Assembly (NCBI GenBank): GCA_041664605.1
Contig: JBAYKO010000001.1
Span: 83,586 to 147,585, forward strand
Direction: 5' to 3'
Source: Minisyncoccota bacterium
GTDB taxonomy: Bacteria; Patescibacteriota; Minisyncoccia; Phycocordibacterales; UBA9973
DNA length: 64,000 bases
A model generated the notes under the pieces. It was not told where the DNA came from. It did no database searches and saw only the letters and a program-made list of their open reading frames with translations. The translations under genes were made by a program, and so were the position numbers. How positions within the stretch are numbered: the stretch's first letter is position 1; each line of letters begins with the position of its first letter. Shown one piece after another: positions 58,442 to 64,000 of the stretch.

Positions 58442-58553
58442 TGCCTGAAATTTCATATTTTAAAAAACCACCCAATTGGGTGGTTTTTTATTTACTTGAC
58501 AGTTATATCTTAAAATAGTATCCTATCAACAGACATTTAGTAAAGACAAAAAA

Positions 58554-59081
58554 ATGAAAAAGTTCTTATTATTTTTGAGTTTTATTTTATTAAGCACAGT
58601 AACAGTAAAAAGTCAGATCAGACTAGATTCATTTATAGTCGATACCCCTATCACAGATTTGAAGGATATTGAAAAATATTTTCCAGGTGATTTTGGGGAT
58701 GAATTATCTTCTTGCTGTCTTAAATATGATACCGGAGGAAGAACCATAATCATTAAGTTGGTAAAATTGCGTGGCAGTAATGTCACAGGAATTTTAAAAC
58801 AAATTGACAGTCTTGGTTTTAAACCTGTTCCAACTCCATATCTTCTTGGATTGGGAATGAAATATTCATATTCAAAAATGTTTTGTGATTCTAAAAATCA
58901 TTTAGGGTGGCCAGATATTATTTCTCTGGACACCAATAATATTTGTTTCAGCAAAACTATGAGTGAAAATAGTTTTATCTATTTAACGGGTCATAGTGGG
59001 CCAGGAATTACAATTGGCAAGGTGAGATTTAGCATTATATTCCACCCAAAAGAATGGTCTTTTGCCGTGATGAAAAAATAA
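58554..59081 (+). CDS. Orphan cassette ORF, secreted, 175 aa
   Basis: Signal peptide; promoter TTGACA(58496)-N17-TATCCT-N6-AGACA; terminator 59089-59123. Confidence 0.7.
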   Translation: MKKFLLFLSFILLSTVTVKSQIRLDSFIVDTPITDLKDIEKYFPGDFGDELSSCCLKYDTGGRTIIIKLVKLRGSNVTGILKQIDSLGFKPVPTPYLLGLGMKYSYSKMFCDSKNHLGWPDIISLDTNNICFSKTMSENSFIYLTGHSGPGITIGKVRFSIIFHPKEWSFAVMKK

Positions 59082-59117
59082 AAAGTTCTTTTAAAAAACC
59101 ACCCGATCGGGTGGTTT

Positions 59118-60119
59118 TTATTTTTCTTCTAAAATTTTTACAAGGCTATCTGAAAATTGTTTTATAGAATTATCGTCGTATAGAGTAATTGTAAATACTT
59201 TCTTTTTGGATTTTTCTCCACCCGAGGCGGATCCGCCTAAAGCGGAAAATTTCTTTATATTTGCTTTTATTGTCTTTTCATCAACCAAATCAGTTTTTGT
59301 CAGTAAAATTATTTCTTCTTTTTCTACAAGATCCTCCCCGTATTTTTCTAACTCTTTTCTAATTTGTTTATAGATTGCAACCATATCCTCTTTTTCAAAA
59401 GAAATTAGATGAATTAACATTTTTGTTCTTTTTATGTGTTTTAAAAATTTTGTTCCAAGTCCTTTTCCTTCGGATGCTCCTTCAATAAGTCCTGGAATAT
59501 CAGCAATTACAAAACCATAAAAACTCCCTAAATTTGGATCAAGTGTTGTAAATTGATAACTTCCAATTTTTGCCTTCGCATTGGTTAAAGAATTAAGTAA
59601 ACTTGATTTTCCAGCATTAGGAAGCCCGATCAAACCAATATCAGCGAAAAGTTGGAGTTCTATAAAAAATTCAGCATCATCCCCAGGTTTCCCAAATGTG
59701 CACTCTTTTGGTGTTGTATTAGTAGAACTTTTAAAATGCTCATTCCCTAGTCCACCATTTCCACCCTCGAGAAGTAGTTCTCTTTGTCCTTCTTTGACTA
59801 AAGAAATTACTTTATCAGTTTTTAAATTCGTTACTATTGATCCAATTGGAAGTTCTATAATACAGTCCTCTCCATTTGCTCCGTGAATATTATTACTTCC
59901 CCCATCTTCTCCTCTTTCGGCTATAAATTCTTTCTGGTTTTTATACTTAGCAAGAATATAAACATCTCTTATTGCTTCTACATAAACGTTCCCACCTCTA
60001 CCTGCATTTCCACCACCTGGACCCATTAAAGGCTTTCCCTTCTCATGGCGCCATCTAACAACGCCGTTTCCACCGTCGCCTGCCTTTGCATATATTTTAA
60101 TTTCATCTGTAAAAGCCAT
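59118..60119 (-). CDS. obgE: GTPase Obg
   Basis: Gly-rich Obg fold, GLPNAGKS, FTTL, DIPG, TKTD; in-frame palindromic insert at 59217-59246. Confidence 0.96.
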   Translation of the reverse strand: MAFTDEIKIYAKAGDGGNGVVRWRHEKGKPLMGPGGGNAGRGGNVYVEAIRDVYILAKYKNQKEFIAERGEDGGSNNIHGANGEDCIIELPIGSIVTNLKTDKVISLVKEGQRELLLEGGNGGLGNEHFKSSTNTTPKECTFGKPGDDAEFFIELQLFADIGLIGLPNAGKSSLLNSLTNAKAKIGSYQFTTLDPNLGSFYGFVIADIPGLIEGASEGKGLGTKFLKHIKRTKMLIHLISFEKEDMVAIYKQIRKELEKYGEDLVEKEEIILLTKTDLVDEKTIKANIKKFSALGGSASGGEKSKKKVFTITLYDDNSIKQFSDSLVKILEEK

Positions 60120-60122
60120 TGT

Positions 60123-61043
60123 CTATGATTCTAGCGCAATTTGAGCTAATTTGATAGCCCCTTCTTTAGAATTAGCTGTTGCAATAAAAAGATTTTTATG
60201 ACAAAAAAGTGCATCAGGAACACCTGAAACTTGTGCCAATTCTTCACCTGTTAAACCGCCCCAGCTTTTTGGTAAATCTTTTCTATTTACAAAAGAATTA
60301 GAATCGTCTCTTATTGTAAGAATTTGCCATTTATTATCTGCATCTTTTGGAAAAACAACAAAAAGTGGTTCTTTGTGTTTACTTAAAACAGGGTCTCTTG
60401 GATAACCTTTGTCTAAAACTATTATTCTTTTGTCTTCTGTATTTTTATAAATTTCTTCAACAAATTTTTCACCTTCAAAATTATCTTTAGTTTTAGAAAT
60501 TTCTCTTTGTATCAAAATTTTTGCAACTTCTACAATTTTTAAAAAAGTTCCGTCTTGAATATTTCTATCTTCTTTCCAACTTGGCAAAAAAGCATCTATT
60601 AAATTCCCTAGATCGTAAGAATGTACATCTTTTTTTATATCTTCTGAAAGTTTTATTCCACTATCGAATGCGTCAATTGATTGGACTAATTTTTTATCTA
60701 ATTCATCTGAAATTTCCTTTGAACCACAAACTCTTTCCCCAAATTTTTTCCAAACTAAACCAAATGAGGCAAAAGGTATTCCATTTTGTCTTTCCCCCGC
60801 TCCTTCTATTTGGTGATGATCAAATAAATTTTTATCAGGATTATTAATCCAACCCACATCAACTAAAAATATATCTTGATTATTAAATCCACTCTTTATT
60901 GCCGTTTCATCTCTTGTTCTCAAAATATCAAATTCTTTACCTTCTTGTTCAAAAAAAATAGATAGAGTTGCACAGGTAAAAATTTCATCCGCATGAAATG
61001 ATCCATTATGTGTAATTATTTTAATTTTATTTTTAATTTCCAT
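60123..61043 (-). CDS. MYG1-family (DHH-like) exonuclease
   Basis: THNGSFHADE, RTRD, DVG, FDHHQ, FCH...F. Confidence 0.92.
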   Translation of the reverse strand: MEIKNKIKIITHNGSFHADEIFTCATLSIFFEQEGKEFDILRTRDETAIKSGFNNQDIFLVDVGWINNPDKNLFDHHQIEGAGERQNGIPFASFGLVWKKFGERVCGSKEISDELDKKLVQSIDAFDSGIKLSEDIKKDVHSYDLGNLIDAFLPSWKEDRNIQDGTFLKIVEVAKILIQREISKTKDNFEGEKFVEEIYKNTEDKRIIVLDKGYPRDPVLSKHKEPLFVVFPKDADNKWQILTIRDDSNSFVNRKDLPKSWGGLTGEELAQVSGVPDALFCHKNLFIATANSKEGAIKLAQIALES

Positions 61044-61102
61044 ATTTGTTTTAATCTATTCGCATATTCGTGCGAATTAGCCGTTGTAAATTTTAATGAT
61101 TT

Positions 61103-61741
61103 TTATTTTTCTATTTCTTTTTGGCCATTTCCATTTCCATTTCCATTTTTAAGTCCTCTAAAAAATTCAACAAAGACGGTGGCAATTTTTTCAAATGACA
61201 TAAAGGCAAAAATAAGCAATAAAATTATTAATAAGAATTTATTAACATTTTTACTTATAGAAAGCGCAACTGCACTAAAAAAATAACCTAAACCAAAAAT
61301 GTACGACATCCAAATTATTGTTGAAAAAAGCTCTGCTTTAAAATAAGTTTTAAAATTTATTTTTGAAAAACCCGCAAATACCAAAGTAACATGATTTATT
61401 CCAACAATAAATTTTGAGAAAAATATTGACCAAAACGGTTTTTCCACAAGTCTCGGGAAAAAGAAGATTATTCTTTTTTGTAAATAAATCAAAAACTTAC
61501 TATTGGGAAATTTCCTTCCAAGTAAATCACCTATGTAGTAACCCAACATTGTCTTTACCATTGCCCCTAAAAAAGCGACAAGTAAAACAGGAAATGCTTG
61601 AAAGACTCCCAAATGAGACATCACCCCGAAACTTATAATAACAACCTCTCCCTCAATAATAACCCCTAAAAAGAGAACAATATATGCCCAAGCGGCATGA
61701 AGTTCAAAGAAATGTCTAAAAAATAAAATTGTATTATGCAT
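61103..61741 (-). CDS. DedA-family membrane protein
   Basis: IEGE, GYYIG..LG, SKFIVG, AG. Confidence 0.85.
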   Translation of the reverse strand: MHNTILFFRHFFELHAAWAYIVLFLGVIIEGEVVIISFGVMSHLGVFQAFPVLLVAFLGAMVKTMLGYYIGDLLGRKFPNSKFLIYLQKRIIFFFPRLVEKPFWSIFFSKFIVGINHVTLVFAGFSKINFKTYFKAELFSTIIWMSYIFGLGYFFSAVALSISKNVNKFLLIILLLIFAFMSFEKIATVFVEFFRGLKNGNGNGNGQKEIEK

Positions 61742-61744
61742 ATT

Positions 61745-62080
61745 TTATCCGACAATTCTTTTTAAAATCCAGTTAAATATTGAAATTAACAATGCTCCAA
61801 AGAAAGCTGACGCAAAACCATTAATAGTAAACCCTGGAATTACGTAAGCTAAAAAATAAAATATTAACCCATTTAAAACTAGAGAAAACAATCCTAGGGT
61901 TAAAATATTTATCGGTAAAGTTAAAATTTTAATTATTGGTTTAATTATAAGATCTATAAACATCAAACATGCCCCAATCACAAAAATTATATAAAAAGGA
62001 TTTATCCCGATTCCATGAATAATAAAAGGTAAAATAAAAATAGCCAAAGATAGCAAAAGCCAATGTAGAACGATTTTCAT
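61745..62080 (-). CDS. 4-TM YvlD/DUF360 (holin-superfamily) membrane protein
   Basis: IKPIIKILTLPINILTLGLFSLVLNG. Confidence 0.85.
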   Translation of the reverse strand: MKIVLHWLLLSLAIFILPFIIHGIGINPFYIIFVIGACLMFIDLIIKPIIKILTLPINILTLGLFSLVLNGLIFYFLAYVIPGFTINGFASAFFGALLISIFNWILKRIVG

Positions 62081-62102
62081 AATTTTTTATTATTTATAAA
62101 TT

Positions 62103-62555
62103 TTAATTTAATAAAGCATCGACAATTTCTTTAATAATTTGCCCATCTGCCTTCCCTTTTAAATCTTTCATAACCCCCGCCATTAACATCCCGGCTTTAC
62201 TTTTATCTGTAATACCAAGCTCTTCTTTTTTGGCTTTTATAATTTTTTCAACTTCATCACGATTCATCATTTCTGGTAAATATTTTTCAAGATATGGAAG
62301 TTCATCTCTCTCTTTCTCTGCCAAATCTTCACGGTTCCCTTTTGTGAATTGTTCTATTGAATCTTTTCTTTGTTTTACTAATCTTGAAATAACGGGAATC
62401 GCTTCTTCATCAGAAAGCTCCTCGCTTGGCTTTCTTTTTTTGGCTACGAGCTCGTTTGTAAATGATGATAAGATATTTCTTAAAACCTCTAATCGCAAAG
62501 ATTCCTTTTTTATCATTGCATCTTTTATTTCGTCTCTTATTTGTTGGTGTAACAT
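62103..62555 (-). CDS. yqeY: GatB/YqeY-domain protein
   Basis: KQRKDSIEQF..GNREDLAEKE, YLP, GKADG. Confidence 0.92.
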   Translation of the reverse strand: MLHQQIRDEIKDAMIKKESLRLEVLRNILSSFTNELVAKKRKPSEELSDEEAIPVISRLVKQRKDSIEQFTKGNREDLAEKERDELPYLEKYLPEMMNRDEVEKIIKAKKEELGITDKSKAGMLMAGVMKDLKGKADGQIIKEIVDALLN

Positions 62556-62608
62556 AATTTTATTATAGCATGAATTATTTATTTATAATTTTTCCCTTTT
62601 TATAAAAG

Positions 62609-63364
62609 TGCGAAAGTCTTGCTTTCGCAAAACCATTATTCTTTAGTATTTAACCAATCTAATATTTCTTTATTAAAATCTTTCATATCAAAAAAATATT
62701 TTGGAAAATTTTTTAAATCAATGATTTTATTTTCTTGTCTATTGTAATTTTGAAAATCAACATAACTACTCCATTTGTATTTATTTAAAAATTCTAATGA
62801 TTTTTTTACATCCCTGATTCCTTCTTCTTTCCATTTTAAGTCAATAAGTTTTATTGGATTCAAATGAATATATGAAAAAAGATATTTTGCTTGATTGTCC
62901 TTTTCTATGTGAACAGACTTATACTTTCCTTCAAAAAGTCCACCATTACGTTCATATTTGGCATTAAAATATTTTGAGTAAGCAGTTAAAACTTTTTGCA
63001 TAAACATAGCAATAGCACTCGAATTCTGCGAAAGTCTTGCTTTCGCATTTGGTGTAAGATATATATGAAAATGATTTGGCATTAAAACCCAAGCACCAAT
63101 AAAAACTATTGATTCTCCTTTATCAAAATCCCATGCATTAATTTTTGCTCTTACAATTTGTTCTCTGAAATCAATTCTTTCTTTAGAATTACAAATGTAT
63201 AAAAGTTTTAAAAAACGATCACGATCTTCGTTATCTAAAAAAATTTCTTGTTTGCTATTTCCCCTATTGTAAATATGATAATACTCCCCATCTATAAGTG
63301 GAATTTTGCGTATAGACATATGAATATTATATAAAAACCAGTTTGCGAAAGCAAGACTTTCGCA
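62609..63364. repeat. Three copies of the REP palindrome TGCGAAAGTCTTGCTTTCGCA (62609-62629, 63027-63047 inside the gene, 63344-63364 inverted)
   Basis: Identical 21-mers flanking the transposase in inverted orientation plus one internal copy. Confidence 0.9.
62636..63319 (-). CDS. REP-associated tyrosine (Y1 HUH) transposase, RAYT
   Basis: YYHIYNRG, AWVLMPNHFH (HUH), G.LFEG.YK, YIHLNP, KWSSY. Confidence 0.9.
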   Translation of the reverse strand: MSIRKIPLIDGEYYHIYNRGNSKQEIFLDNEDRDRFLKLLYICNSKERIDFREQIVRAKINAWDFDKGESIVFIGAWVLMPNHFHIYLTPNAKARLSQNSSAIAMFMQKVLTAYSKYFNAKYERNGGLFEGKYKSVHIEKDNQAKYLFSYIHLNPIKLIDLKWKEEGIRDVKKSLEFLNKYKWSSYVDFQNYNRQENKIIDLKNFPKYFFDMKDFNKEILDWLNTKE

Positions 63365-63403
63365 AACTCTTAGTTTTTAATCAAGATGTGATAAAATAGA
63401 AAA

Positions 63404-64000
63404 ATGTATAAATTAATTTTTTTTGATACAGAAACAACAGGAAATACAGATAAAGATTTCTTGTGCCAATTGGCTTATAAATTAGAAAATGAGTCTTTTA
63501 ATGAATTGTATAAACCTCTTATTAAGATTCCACCTGAAGCTTCAGCTGTGCACCATATTACAAATAAAATGATTACTGAAAAAAATGCCTTTAAAGAAAG
63601 CCTAGATTTTGAAAAAATAAAAAATCTTTTTGAAAGCGATGATTCTATCGCAATAGCTCATAATGCCCCGTTTGATTTGATGATGTTTAAAAAAGAAGGA
63701 ATTGAACCAAAGAAATTTATTTGTACATTACGACTTGCAAGATATTTAGATCCCGAAGGAAAAATTGAAAAGTATAATTTACAATATTTACGATACTTAC
63801 TTGATCTTGATGTGGAAGCTCAAGCTCATGATGCAATGGGTGATGTTTTAGTACTAGAAAAACTTTTTGAAAGACTGAAGAAAAAGTTTCTAGAAAATGA
63901 GAGTATGGACAAAGATGAAGCGCTGGATAAAATGATAGAAATTTCTTCTCACCCATCGTTACTTAAATTTATAAATTTCGGCAAACATAATGGAAAAGAG
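63404..64000 (+). CDS. DEDDh 3'-5' exonuclease (ExoX/DnaQ-like), runs off the window end
   Basis: MYKLIFFDTETTG, AVHHIT, IAHNAPFD, CTLRLA, AHDAMGDV; absent from the ORF track because it has no stop in the window. Confidence 0.9.
   Translation, partial: MYKLIFFDTETTGNTDKDFLCQLAYKLENESFNELYKPLIKIPPEASAVHHITNKMITEKNAFKESLDFEKIKNLFESDDSIAIAHNAPFDLMMFKKEGIEPKKFICTLRLARYLDPEGKIEKYNLQYLRYLLDLDVEAQAHDAMGDVLVLEKLFERLKKKFLENESMDKDEALDKMIEISSHPSLLKFINFGKHNGKE

Noticed and set aside
61745-62080. Holin-superfamily protein as evidence of a prophage
   Set aside because: Flanked by housekeeping genes (dedA, yqeY); no phage structural or lysis genes nearby.
923-63956. Numerous short antisense or alternate-frame ORFs (e.g. 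923-1144, 6150-6535, 19785-20111, 26984-27337, 43435-43821, 59581-59886, 63717-63956)
   Set aside because: They shadow well-supported genes and carry no recognisable motifs.

Overview
AT-rich bacterial chromosome segment using genetic code 11 (TGA is a stop). Gene content and style point by inference to a CPR/Patescibacteria (Parcubacteria-like) organism: many leaderless starts, a short AspRS, split transketolase, MYG1, DUF4015, a solo PaaX/Cas2-like gene and GC-rich palindromes inside genes. The backbone is housekeeping: dnaK/dnaJ, four aminoacyl-tRNA synthetases, dnaB, recR, scpAB, mrdA/mraY/ftsW/murG, ribosomal proteins, prfA, pentose-phosphate and glycolysis genes, gatB, obgE, tRNA-His and tRNA-Ile. 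Four unusual layers sit on this backbone. (1) Six 99-140 bp inverted-repeat mini-elements lie exactly on start codons; most duplicate TGAR, all rebuild the ATG/GTG with their last base, and several carry short uORFs ending 4 nt before the host start. (2) About 24 stand-alone promoter-[orphan ORF or ORF-less RNA]-terminator cassettes share TTGACA-N16-18-TAnnnT, mostly followed by N6-7-AGAAA, and several are bracketed by near-identical terminators. (3) A His-codon leader-peptide attenuator precedes a 21-aa peptide gene, tRNA-His and an uncharacterised enzyme-sized ORF. (4) A RAYT HUH transposase carries its own REP palindromes, and other palindrome families are inserted in frame into DnaK, AspS, RsmI, Tkt and Obg. 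No CRISPR array, rRNA or prophage was seen. All calls come from reading the sequence by eye, without database searches.
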